Source of the DNA: Myxococcota bacterium
GTDB lineage: Bacteria > Myxococcota_A > UBA9160 > SZUA-336
Reading direction: 5' to 3'
Length of the DNA: 64,000 nucleotides
NCBI GenBank assembly: GCA_965247115.1
Contig: CBDFGR010000003.1
Span: forward strand, 960,001-1,024,000
Both the position numbers and the translations under genes were made by a program. Below are positions 50,836 to 62,526 of the stretch, piece by piece (position 1 is the stretch's first letter; each line of letters opens with the position of its first letter). The notes under the pieces are model-generated. The model made no database searches, had not been told where the DNA came from, and was given only the letters and a program-made list of their open reading frames with translations.

Positions 50836-51903
50836 CTACGACGATTCGGCTCCCTCGGACCCGCCTGGCGGCACCTCGGCCGGAGTGTCTTCGGTCGGAA
50901 CATCCTCGATCGGAGCGCTCACAGTCGCAGTGCCCTCGGTCGGAGCGGCCTCGGTCGGAGCAGCCTCGGTCGGAGCAGCCTCGGTCGGAGCAGCCGCCAC
51001 CGCCTCCCCAGCTGGCTCCGGGCTCTCCTCGAGCTCCTTGCGGCGCTCCTCTGCCATGCGCTCCATGCGCGCGGGCCTGCGGGCGGGCTGGGTGATCTCT
51101 ACCACGCGCTTGCCGTGCTTCGGGGCCTCGGCACCCTCGGCCTCCTCGGGCTTGCCCTTGTCCTCCTCGAGGACGCGCCGATTGAACAGCTCGGCCCCCT
51201 CCAGACACGCCTCGCCGAGCTTCTCGCAGTAGAGCCGAATTGCACGCAGCGCATCGTCGTTGCCCGGCACTGTGAAATCGATGCCTTCGGGGTCACAGTT
51301 CGAGTCGACCACGGCAACCAACGGGATCTGTAGACGTTGCGCCTCCTTGACCGCGATGGACTCCCGCTTGATGTCGATGACGAAGACGGCGTCTGGCAGC
51401 CGCTCCATCTCGACCATCCCCTCGAAGGCCTTGTGCAGCTTCAGGTGCTCCCGCGTGAGTCGGGAGCGCTCCTTCTTGCTCAGCCCCTCCTCGTTCTCCT
51501 CGTCGGCCAGTAGCGCAGTCAGCTCCTTGTAACGACTGATGCCCTTCTGGATCGTGCGGAAGTTCGTCAGCATTCCGCCGAGCCAGCGCCTGTGCACGTA
51601 CGGCATGGCGCATCGCTTGGCCTCTTCCGCAACGATCTCCTGGGCCTGGCGTTTGGTGCCAACAAAGAGGAGCGTGCCGCCGCTCGCGACGAGCTCGCGC
51701 GCAAACTCACAGGCCTCGCGGAAGCGCGGCAGCGTGTGCTGCAGATCGATGATGTGCACACCGTTGCGTTCCCCGTAGAGGAACGGCTTCATGTGGGGGT
51801 GCCAACGGCGGGTCTGGTGGCCGAAGTGAATGCCCGCCTCAAGCAGCTCTTGCATCGAGACCGAGCTGGTCCTGACCTCCGGTACGGGATCTGGCGCAGA
51901 CAT
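50836..51903 (-). CDS. rpsB: 30S ribosomal protein S2 with long acidic C-terminal tail
   Basis: LLEAG.HFGH, FVGTK.QA, RWLGG.LTN, PGNDDA. Confidence 0.97.
   Translation of the reverse strand: MSAPDPVPEVRTSSVSMQELLEAGIHFGHQTRRWHPHMKPFLYGERNGVHIIDLQHTLPRFREACEFARELVASGGTLLFVGTKRQAQEIVAEEAKRCAMPYVHRRWLGGMLTNFRTIQKGISRYKELTALLADEENEEGLSKKERSRLTREHLKLHKAFEGMVEMERLPDAVFVIDIKRESIAVKEAQRLQIPLVAVVDSNCDPEGIDFTVPGNDDALRAIRLYCEKLGEACLEGAELFNRRVLEEDKGKPEEAEGAEAPKHGKRVVEITQPARRPARMERMAEERRKELEESPEPAGEAVAAAPTEAAPTEAAPTEAAPTEGTATVSAPIEDVPTEDTPAEVPPGGSEGAESS
50935..50994 (-). repeat. Four 15-bp tandem repeats encoding (AAPTE)4 in the S2 tail
   Basis: Plus-strand ctcggtcggagc(g/a)gc x4. Confidence 0.92.
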
Positions 51904-52075
51904 CGAGTGTCCTTTTCGTTTTGGTCGCCGACAACGGCGACGCTGGATTTTGACCTCCGCCCCTCGGAGCGCGCGTTACCGCTCGCTCCGCCGCTCGACC
52001 GCGCGCACGCGAACCCGGAGCGGGCGGGACGTGTGAAGTGGCCCCGGGTATAGCAGAGCGATCTCGGCGCGGCAA
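51904..52075 (-). promoter_or_regulatory. rpsB sigma-70-type promoter and structured 5' leader (possible S2 autoregulatory element)
   Basis: TTGCCG(52075-52070)-N17-TATACC(52052-52047) with extended TG; ~135-nt GC-rich leader with CACAC...GGGT...GGAGG elements. Confidence 0.55.
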
Positions 52076-52127
52076 GCCTAAGCTACTGGATTCAAAGGCT
52101 TTGCGACTCGGGACTGCTTCGGGCTGA

Positions 52128-52820
52128 TCAGCCCGACGGACCCACCGAGATTCCATCGAGATGCTGGATGCGGTTGAAGGACTCGAGCGCCCAGATGTGA
52201 CCGTTTGCAACCGGGATCGTCCGCACCCGGCTGATGCCGGTCCAGGCACTCGAGAAGCGCATCCAGGCCCACGACACAGGCTCGATCCCGAGGAGGTGCG
52301 AGAGGATGACTGCGTTCGTTCCCTCGTGTGCGACGATCAGTACGCGCTCCTCGGCGCCGGGTACGTGCCAGATCCGGTGACCTGAGTTGAGCCGAACCTG
52401 CATCCCGTGGGTCTCGGTCAGCAGATCCTCGATTCCGCTGCTCACTCGCTCGTAGAAGTGCCGAAAGGACTCTCCACCCGGCATTCCCGCCCACTGCAGC
52501 TCCAGGTTTCGAGCGCGCGCCTCGCCGAAGAACTCCTGCACCTCCGCCGCGGTCTTGCCCTCCATCTTCGGGAGGCGGAGCTCCCCGAGCCAGGCGACCT
52601 CCAGCGCCTCCATGCCGAGCGCCTCAGCGATCGGCTCAGCCGTCTCCACGGCTCGCCGCAGCGGGCTCACGTACACGTGGTCGAAGCGCTCCGCCGCTAG
52701 CGCGGCCGCGGTCCGGCGCGCCTGCTCGCGGCCCACGCAGGTCAGGGCCGGCTGGTCGACGGCCCGGCCATCAGGCTCCCAGTCTGGCTGTGCGTGGCGG
52801 ACCAGAACCACCTCAGTCAC
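52128..52820 (-). CDS. Histidine phosphatase (phosphoglycerate mutase family)
   Basis: LVRHA, SPL.RA.ETA, PGGES, VAHEG. Confidence 0.9.
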   Translation of the reverse strand: MTEVVLVRHAQPDWEPDGRAVDQPALTCVGREQARRTAAALAAERFDHVYVSPLRRAVETAEPIAEALGMEALEVAWLGELRLPKMEGKTAAEVQEFFGEARARNLELQWAGMPGGESFRHFYERVSSGIEDLLTETHGMQVRLNSGHRIWHVPGAEERVLIVAHEGTNAVILSHLLGIEPVSWAWMRFSSAWTGISRVRTIPVANGHIWALESFNRIQHLDGISVGPSG

Positions 52821-52954
52821 TCGAAGACTCCGACGGGATCAGCCCGGGTTGCGCAGGGTAGGCGATCGCTTGTCGAGCTCAAGCTCCCCGTCTCGCAAAT
52901 TAACAAAGGATCTGCTTTACTTTCAGATACCCACTTCCTCGAAGGGATCGGAGC

Positions 52955-53326
52955 ATGCTCAAGATCAACGGCGTGTACGAGGTTGCGATTCGCGTCAAGG
53001 AGCTGGTACGAGCCGAGGCCTTCTACCTCGACGTTCTGGGTCTCGAGCCGGGCCTGCGCGACGAGGCGCGAAACTGGCACTTCCTACGGGTGGGCGGGGG
53101 CGCCGGCATGGTGGTGCTGCAGGAGGACACGGGCGACTGGCCCACGCAGCACCTCGCCTTTGCCGTGGATCCGGCCGAGCTCGAGCGCGCGGTGGGCGCA
53201 CTCGAAGAGCGCGGCGTCGCCACCAAGGGGCCGATCACGCACGACTGGATGCCGGCAACGTCTCTCTACTTCTCCGACCCCGACGGCCACGAGCTGGAAC
53301 TCTGCGCGCCCGTCTCCAGCGCATAG
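52955..53326 (+). CDS. VOC/glyoxalase family protein
   Basis: FY.DVLGL, HLAF, SLYFSDPDGHELEL. Confidence 0.9.
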   Translation: MLKINGVYEVAIRVKELVRAEAFYLDVLGLEPGLRDEARNWHFLRVGGGAGMVVLQEDTGDWPTQHLAFAVDPAELERAVGALEERGVATKGPITHDWMPATSLYFSDPDGHELELCAPVSSA

Positions 53327-53334
53327 TTGCCAGA

Positions 53335-54045
53335 CTAGCTCGAGTCGTACTCGTCGCGGCGACGCACCCAAGCGAGCGGGAAGGGCAGCTCGTCCTCGTC
53401 CCTCCCCTTGGGGGCGATGTCGAGAAAGCCGTACGCGCCGTTCATACGGTCGAGGCCGCGAGCGTATGTCGAGTAGGTGTGAAAAACCTGGCCCGAGTCA
53501 TCCCGGCAGAACACGCTCGTTCCGTGCATCTCCTGCGAGCGCGGGCCGATTCTCTGGTAGTTGTAGGTCGTCTCGCCGCGACTCATCTCCGCATCGGTCG
53601 CGCTGACGTTGAAGTCGAAGTTGAAAGAGCCATCCAGCGAGGAAACCCAGGGAAACGACCAGCCCATCCGCTTTCGATAGGCCAGCAGCCGATCCAGCGG
53701 AGCGCGCGAAACCGCGACGAAGCTCACGTCGCGCTGGTTCATGTGCACGACCATGGGGTCGTACCCGTCTGCCCAGAACGAGCAAAATGGGCAGCCCTCC
53801 GTCCAGTCTGGGCCAAACATGAAGTGCTGAACGACGAGCTGGCTGCGGCCCTCAAACAGATCGCCAAGCGACGCCTGGCCTTGTTCGGTCCGAAACAGGT
53901 AGTTCGTATCGATCCTCACCCACGGCAGGGAGCGCCTCTTCTCGGCGAGCGCATCGGACTGTCGCGCGTGCGCCTTCTCTTCCTCGAGCAACTCCACACG
54001 GGCCTTCAGCCACTCCTCTCGCGAGACGACCTTCTGTGCGCTCAT
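53335..54045 (-). CDS. DUF899 thioredoxin-like protein
   Basis: VVSREEWL.AR..LL.EEK, LFEGRSQL, GCPFCS, P.GR.E. Confidence 0.9.
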   Translation of the reverse strand: MSAQKVVSREEWLKARVELLEEEKAHARQSDALAEKRRSLPWVRIDTNYLFRTEQGQASLGDLFEGRSQLVVQHFMFGPDWTEGCPFCSFWADGYDPMVVHMNQRDVSFVAVSRAPLDRLLAYRKRMGWSFPWVSSLDGSFNFDFNVSATDAEMSRGETTYNYQRIGPRSQEMHGTSVFCRDDSGQVFHTYSTYARGLDRMNGAYGFLDIAPKGRDEDELPFPLAWVRRRDEYDSS

Positions 54046-54117
54046 CGAGCTCTCCTCTTGCGACGTCACCAGGATACGCCCATCCGGCAGGCTAGGCGCT
54101 GACTCGAGGCGGGACAG

Positions 54118-55296
54118 TCAGGTCGTGTACTCGGAGTTGATCGCGACGTAGCCGTGGCTCAAGTCTGTTGTGAGGATGCTGGCGTCCCCGGGGCCGCTTC
54201 CGAGCGTGATCTCGATCTCGATCTTCTTGCGACGCATCGCGCGCTCCGCCTGGCGGAGCGCCGTCGTCGACTCCCGAGCCGTCCCCTGTCGCATGAGCTC
54301 CGCGTCGCCAATGCGGATCCCGACCCGCTCCGGAGAGAAGACTGCGCCCGCGGCGCCAATCGCCTGGACGATCCGGCCCCAGTTGGGATCCGCGCCGTGT
54401 AGGGCTGTCTTGACCAGCACGGAGTTCCCGACCGAACGCGCAATCTGCTGGGCCGCGCGATCGCTTCGGGCACCACGCACGTGGATACGTGCGATCTTCG
54501 TCACACCCTCTCCGTCGAGCGCGAGCTTCTCGGTGAGCGTGCTCGACAGCTCTGCAAGGGCCTTGCGAAAGTCATCCGCGCCGGCCGAGCGCCGAACGAG
54601 GGGCCTGTTGCCCGCCGCGCCGTTCGCCATCACGAGCACGGTATCGCTCGTGCTCGTCTCGCCGTCGATGGTGAGGCGATTGAACGTGGGATCGACGGCC
54701 TCGCGCAGAGCATCGCTTAGGAACGCGGACTCGACCGCCAGATCCGTGACCATGTAGACGAGCATGGTCGCCATGTTCGGCATGACCATCCCGGAGCCCT
54801 TCGCGAACCCCAGCAGCGAGAAGCTGCGTCGAGTGACCTGAGCGAGCTTGGGCCTGGTGTCGGTCGTGAGAATGGCGCGGGCTGCGCGCGACCAGCCCGT
54901 CGCGGACAGTGCGCGAGCGGCTTTCCGGATGCCCGGTGCGATGAGCTCCATCGGCAGCTGGTTGCCGATCACTCCCGTCGAGGCGACCTGCACGTCCTTC
55001 GGAGGCAGGCCCAGCTCCTCGGCGGCCTGTCTGCACATCGCCCGCGCGTTGCGCAGCCCGACGGCGCCGGTAGCGACGTTCGAGATGCCACTGTTCACAA
55101 CGACGGCCCGGGCGCGTCCGTCGCGCAGATGGGCGCGGGAGACCCGCACCGGCGCGCCGGGGAAGCGGTTGCGCGTAAAGACCGCCGCCGCATTCGCCGG
55201 GGAGTCGGAGACAAACAGAGCGAGGTCGAGAGCCCCGGAAGGCTTGATGCCGCAGCGGACTCCCGCAGCCCGGAATCCGGCTACGCGATAGGCCAC
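54118..55296 (-). CDS. argJ: Ornithine acetyltransferase / N-acetylglutamate synthase
   Basis: STGVIG, ILTTDT, KGSGM..PNMATML, DGEG, GADPNWGRI. Confidence 0.95.
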   Translation of the reverse strand: MAYRVAGFRAAGVRCGIKPSGALDLALFVSDSPANAAAVFTRNRFPGAPVRVSRAHLRDGRARAVVVNSGISNVATGAVGLRNARAMCRQAAEELGLPPKDVQVASTGVIGNQLPMELIAPGIRKAARALSATGWSRAARAILTTDTRPKLAQVTRRSFSLLGFAKGSGMVMPNMATMLVYMVTDLAVESAFLSDALREAVDPTFNRLTIDGETSTSDTVLVMANGAAGNRPLVRRSAGADDFRKALAELSSTLTEKLALDGEGVTKIARIHVRGARSDRAAQQIARSVGNSVLVKTALHGADPNWGRIVQAIGAAGAVFSPERVGIRIGDAELMRQGTARESTTALRQAERAMRRKKIEIEITLGSGPGDASILTTDLSHGYVAINSEYTT

Positions 55297-55300
55297 GCGC

Positions 55301-57991
<2,691 letters not shown>

Positions 57992-58055
57992 GGCCGCCTC
58001 CGCCGCGCTGGGAGGGCGGGGAGTATAACGCGAGCCCCCGACAAGGGCCCAACCC

Positions 58056-58979
58056 TCAGTCGAGGATGTAGTTGCGGGGGGTTACGGGCTTCTTGTTCAC
58101 TTCGACCTGGTAGTGAAGGTGAGGCCCGGTGCTGCGGCCGGTCGTGCCCATTCGCGCGATCAGGTCACCGCGCGCGACTTTGGCTCCCGGCTTCACGACC
58201 ACCTCGTCGAGGTGTCCGTAGATCGTCTCGATCCCGTAGTCGTGGCTGAGGATGACGGTATTGCCCAACGCACGCTTGCGGCCGACGAAGGCGACACGCC
58301 CGTTGGACGGCGCCTTGATGTTGGTGCCGCTCCGTCCCGCGATGTCGAGCCCGCGGTGGAATTCTCGATTGCCTGTGAAGGGCGAGGTTCGGTAGCCGAA
58401 GCCCGACGTGGCCCAACCCTTGGTCGGAGCGATCGAGGGTGTCGCGAGCAGGCGTGCCGTCTGGTCTTCGAGATGGGTGATGAGGGCCGCAAGGCTCTCC
58501 GCCTGTGCATCGCTGGCTTCGCCGAGCCGATCGAAGCTCTCCGTCATCTTCTGGTGGCGCCTGCTCGGCGAGAGCCAGGCGAGGTCCTGAGAGTCGAGCA
58601 AGCCGCTGTCCACGCCGCCAATGCCCGAGAGAGGAGTCGGGTCGGACGGGTCCAGGTTCGTGATCACGCGCAACTTTCGCTCCAGGCTGTCGATCGCGGT
58701 CAGGCGGTTCGCGACCGTCTCCATGCGCGCAGCGTAAGCCTGCAGCTGCTCGCGCTGGACGCCCGTCTCAGCTCGAAGGCGCTCCAGCTCGGTCATGCCT
58801 CGACGAGCCTGCACGTAGTCGACGCTTCCCGCGACCAGAACAGCAGACGCCAGGAGGGCGGCATAGACGCACTTGCGAATCCGCGAGCGACGGACCTGGT
58901 AGCGCCGGATCGTACCCGACTCTCCAGGGACGTACATGAAGGTGACAATTTCGCTGGGCCGACTTCTGGAGCTAGACAC
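58056..58979 (-). CDS. M23 family metallopeptidase
   Basis: TM helix, coiled coil, [17 protein letters not shown]. Confidence 0.92.
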   Translation of the reverse strand: MSSSRSRPSEIVTFMYVPGESGTIRRYQVRRSRIRKCVYAALLASAVLVAGSVDYVQARRGMTELERLRAETGVQREQLQAYAARMETVANRLTAIDSLERKLRVITNLDPSDPTPLSGIGGVDSGLLDSQDLAWLSPSRRHQKMTESFDRLGEASDAQAESLAALITHLEDQTARLLATPSIAPTKGWATSGFGYRTSPFTGNREFHRGLDIAGRSGTNIKAPSNGRVAFVGRKRALGNTVILSHDYGIETIYGHLDEVVVKPGAKVARGDLIARMGTTGRSTGPHLHYQVEVNKKPVTPRNYILD

Positions 58980-59343
58980 GGGCGTCGCCCTCCTCGCCGG
59001 TGCAATCGATCTCGACCCGCAGGACCAGGCGACCCATTCGTAGCTCGTCGGAGTCGACGAGGTACTTGCGCTCTTCCTTGGAGCCGTTGACGAGCGTACC
59101 GTTCGTGCTCCCCAGGTCCTGGACGAACACGCGGTCGCCGTCGTAGCCGATCAGCGCGTGGGCCCGCGAGATCGTTCCCTCGTTGAGCACGAGGTCCGCG
59201 TTGCTACCCCGTCCCACGACCGTGCTTGTTCGCTCCAGCGGCCAGGCGAGACCCGCGTAGAAGCCACTCTCGACGTGGACGATCGCTTGGACTGACTGTG
59301 GGGCGTCGGAAGCAGCGGGCACGGAAGCTGAAGGGGGCACCAT
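58972..59343 (-). CDS. Stand-alone FHA-domain protein
   Basis: VGRG, ISRAHA, DLGSTNGT.VNG. Confidence 0.92.
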   Translation of the reverse strand: MVPPSASVPAASDAPQSVQAIVHVESGFYAGLAWPLERTSTVVGRGSNADLVLNEGTISRAHALIGYDGDRVFVQDLGSTNGTLVNGSKEERKYLVDSDELRMGRLVLRVEIDCTGEEGDARV

Positions 59344-59395
59344 CTAGGTCCTCTGGACGCTGCAAGTAGTGTGAAACTCGGTCAGGTCAGAGGAG

Positions 59396-59424
59396 AGGAT
59401 CGGGCCGAAATCGCCGAAACTTGA
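59396..59424 (-). promoter_or_regulatory. Candidate sigma-28 (FliA/WhiG-type) promoter for FHA-M23
   Basis: TCAAGTTT-N12-CCCGATCC versus consensus TAAAGTTT-N11-GCCGATAA. Confidence 0.3.
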
Positions 59425-59457
59425 TCGAGCGGACCGCCGCCGTCGACGACCACGACG

Positions 59458-61137
59458 TCAATCAGATGTCAGTAGCTCCCGCGCGTGCGCGCGAGCGACG
59501 TCGGTGACACGCCCGCCTCCGGCCATCCTGGCCAGCTCCTCCACGCGCGCCTCCGCCTCCAGCTGCTCCACGCGGGTACGCGTCCTTCCACTCCGCACGC
59601 GCTTCACCACGCGGTAGTGCGTCTGGCCGACCGCGGCAATCTGCGGCAGGTGCGTGATGCACACGATCTGGTGACGCTCGGCGAGGCTGCGCAGGCGCCG
59701 ACCGACGTTGTGGGCCGTTGCCCCTCCGATGCCGGCGTCGACCTCATCGAACAGCAGCAGGTGCCCCTCATCCGCGCTTCGCAGGACGTTGCGCAGGGCG
59801 AGCAGCAAGCGCGCGAGCTCCCCGCCAGAGGCGGCATCCCTCAGCCGGCGAGGCTCCTCGCCGGGATTCGCGGCCAGCCGAAAGCTCGCCCGTTCGAAGC
59901 CGTGTGGTCCTGCTGGCACATCCCAGCCTTCTCGAGTCTTTGCAGGAAGGGAATCGAAGGTCACGCGCAACGCCGCCCGCCGTAGCCCCAGCGCGGCAAG
60001 CTCCTTGTTGACTCTGCTCTCGAGCTCCGCAGCGACGCGCTGTCTGGCCCGCCCGAGCGCGCGCGCAGCGGACTCGAGCGACGCGCCGATCGAGGCCAGC
60101 TCCCGCTCAAGCTCCGCGCTCCGCTTCTCGCCGCCTCCCAGAATCTCTGCTTCGGCCAGTGCCTCGTCGCGGTAGCGGTGGATCTCCTCGATGCTGTCGC
60201 CGTAGCGGGAGAGGAGCCGGCGCAGCGCTTCGAGGCGGTCCTCCAGCCGCGCCAGGCGATCGGGGTCCGCTTCCAGTGAGGCGTGATAGCGCTCCAGAGC
60301 GCCATTCGCCTCTTCGAGCTCCAAGCTCGCGCGCTCGAGTGCGGCGAGCGGGGCACCGAGCTGCTCGTCGAGCTCGGCCGCGGAGGCCAGCTGGGACTGG
60401 GCACCGGCGATCCGGTCGCGCAGCCCACCGTCGCCATCGAGAACCTCGAGCGCGCTCGCGCTCGCTCGACCCAGGCGGTCCACGTGGACGAGCCGGGCGC
60501 GCTCCCCATCGAGCTCCTCGAGCTCGCCCGGACGAGGGTCGACCTCGTTGATCTGGTCGACCTCGAAGCGCAGCTGGTCCTCGCGACGCGCGCGCTCGGC
60601 TGTATTCGCACGTCGCTCCTCGAGCTCACTGGCCAGCGTCCGCCAGCGCCCATGCAGATCGGCGACTTCCGCCAGCGGTGTGCCCAGGTCGCCGTAGCTA
60701 TCGAGGAGCACTCCTTGCTCGCTCGGGCGCAGCAGCCGCTGGTGCTCACCCTGACCGATGACCTCGAGCGCGTCGCCGAGCAGCTGTTGCAGCAAGCTCA
60801 CCGTCGCCAGTCTTCCGTTCACAAACACCTTCCCGCGCCCATCGCGGGAGATGCGCCGGGAGACCAGAAGCTCGACGTCCCCCTCCTCCGCCAGGCCCAG
60901 ACCCCGGGCGCGCTCGAGCAGCGCGGGCGCTTCGATGATCGCCTCTGCGCTGCCCAGCGAGGCACCCGTCCGGATGGCGTCGGCGGGAATGCGGCGACCT
61001 CCGAGGAGGGCGATCGCGTGCAGCAGCACGGACTTTCCCGCCCCGGTCTCACCGGTCATCACGTTGAGGCCGGTTCCGAGCTCGAGCTCGAGCTCTTCGA
61101 TGGTGGCGAGGTTCTGTACTCGCAGCGTGCGAATCAA
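59458..61137 (-). CDS. recN: DNA repair protein RecN
   Basis: TTG start (LIRTLRVQNLATIE), TGETGAGKS, ASGGE, FDEVDAGIGG, CITHLPQIA. Confidence 0.96.
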   Translation of the reverse strand: MIRTLRVQNLATIEELELELGTGLNVMTGETGAGKSVLLHAIALLGGRRIPADAIRTGASLGSAEAIIEAPALLERARGLGLAEEGDVELLVSRRISRDGRGKVFVNGRLATVSLLQQLLGDALEVIGQGEHQRLLRPSEQGVLLDSYGDLGTPLAEVADLHGRWRTLASELEERRANTAERARREDQLRFEVDQINEVDPRPGELEELDGERARLVHVDRLGRASASALEVLDGDGGLRDRIAGAQSQLASAAELDEQLGAPLAALERASLELEEANGALERYHASLEADPDRLARLEDRLEALRRLLSRYGDSIEEIHRYRDEALAEAEILGGGEKRSAELERELASIGASLESAARALGRARQRVAAELESRVNKELAALGLRRAALRVTFDSLPAKTREGWDVPAGPHGFERASFRLAANPGEEPRRLRDAASGGELARLLLALRNVLRSADEGHLLLFDEVDAGIGGATAHNVGRRLRSLAERHQIVCITHLPQIAAVGQTHYRVVKRVRSGRTRTRVEQLEAEARVEELARMAGGGRVTDVARAHARELLTSD

Positions 61138-61189
61138 GGCCAGCGACGATAGCGCACACGATGGGACGGCGGGGACTACACTCCCGGGC

Positions 61190-62524
61190 GTGGAGCTGTT
61201 TCCGAGAGACCCCGCTGCCCAGCCGGGCAGCCCGACTCGCAACGCGCCGCTTGCAGAGCGCCTGAGACCGCGACTTCTGGCGGATTTCGAGGGGCAGGAG
61301 CACTTGCTCGGTCCGGGCAAGCCGCTCTGGCCGCTGTTGTCCGGCAAGGGCGAGCTTCCCTCGTCGATCCTCTGGGGGCCGCCGGGCTCAGGAAAGACGA
61401 CGCTGGCACGTCTGCTGGCAGAACGCGCAGAGCTCCGCTTCGCCGCCTTCTCCGCAGTGCTCTCGGGGGTGAAGGACCTCCGCGCGGCGGTGGCCTCTGC
61501 CGAGAGTGAGCAGCGAAGGGGCATCCGGACCGCGCTTTTCATCGATGAGATCCACCGCTTCAACAAGGCCCAGCAAGACGCACTCCTCCCGCACGTCGAG
61601 CACGGCACTGTCGTGCTGCTCGGGGCCACGACGGAGAACCCTTCCTTCGAGGTGATCCCCGCGCTGCGCTCACGTTGTCGGATCTTCACGCTTCGCGCGT
61701 TGGATACGCCGGCGCTGCGAACGATCATCGAGCGCGCGCTCGCCGACTCGGAGCGCGGGCTGGGCGAGCGGCGACTCACGATCCTGCCGGCTGCCCTCGA
61801 CCTGCTGATCCGGCTCGCCCAGGGAGACGCGCGGCGAGCATTGAGCCTGCTGCAGAACGCCGCAGAGCAGGTGGAACGCGAGATCGACCGCACCGCGGTT
61901 GAAGCAGCGGTGGAGACGCGCCTGCCCGATTACGACAAGGGCGGCGAGGCCCACTACGACGTCATCTCCGCGTTCATCAAGAGCATGCGCGGCAGCGATC
62001 CCGACGCGGCGGTGTACTGGCTCGCGCGCATGCTGGCCGGCGGAGAAGATCCGCGCTTCATCGCGCGGCGCATGCTGATCTTCGCCTCTGAGGACGTCGG
62101 CAACGCGGATCCCATGGCGCTGTCGGTAGCGGTGGCCGCCGCCGAGGCCTTCGACCGCGTCGGGTTGCCCGAGGGCCGCCTGATCCTATCCCAGGCGGTC
62201 ACCTACCTGGCTTGCGCGCCAAAGAGCAATGCGAGCTTGACGGCGATCGGCGCGGCCGGGAGAGCAGTCGAGGAGCACGGCGCGCTGTCCGTCCCGCTGG
62301 CGCTGCGCAACGCTCCTACTGAGCTGATGCGTCGCGAGGGCTACGCCAAGGGCTACCGGTACCCGCACGACCACCCCGACCACTTCGTCGAAGGGCAGTA
62401 CCTGCCGGATGCCCTGCGCAACGCGCGCTTCTACGAGCCCAGCGACCAGGGCGCGGAGCGCGAGCTCGCCGAGCGGCAGCGCAAGCGCTGGGGCTCGCCC
62501 AAGCGGAGCGGCGAGGGTTCGTAG
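61190..62524 (+). CDS. rarA: Replication-associated recombination protein A
   Basis: PLAERLRP, WGPPGSGKTT, DEIHRFNKAQQD, SAFIKSMRGSDPDA. Confidence 0.96.
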   Translation: MELFPRDPAAQPGSPTRNAPLAERLRPRLLADFEGQEHLLGPGKPLWPLLSGKGELPSSILWGPPGSGKTTLARLLAERAELRFAAFSAVLSGVKDLRAAVASAESEQRRGIRTALFIDEIHRFNKAQQDALLPHVEHGTVVLLGATTENPSFEVIPALRSRCRIFTLRALDTPALRTIIERALADSERGLGERRLTILPAALDLLIRLAQGDARRALSLLQNAAEQVEREIDRTAVEAAVETRLPDYDKGGEAHYDVISAFIKSMRGSDPDAAVYWLARMLAGGEDPRFIARRMLIFASEDVGNADPMALSVAVAAAEAFDRVGLPEGRLILSQAVTYLACAPKSNASLTAIGAAGRAVEEHGALSVPLALRNAPTELMRREGYAKGYRYPHDHPDHFVEGQYLPDALRNARFYEPSDQGAERELAERQRKRWGSPKRSGEGS

Positions 62525-62526
62525 GC

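Noticed and set aside
60758..61893. Apparent long overlap between extended recN and rarA ORFs
   Set aside because: Homology starts at 61137 and 61190; the extensions are open antisense frames.
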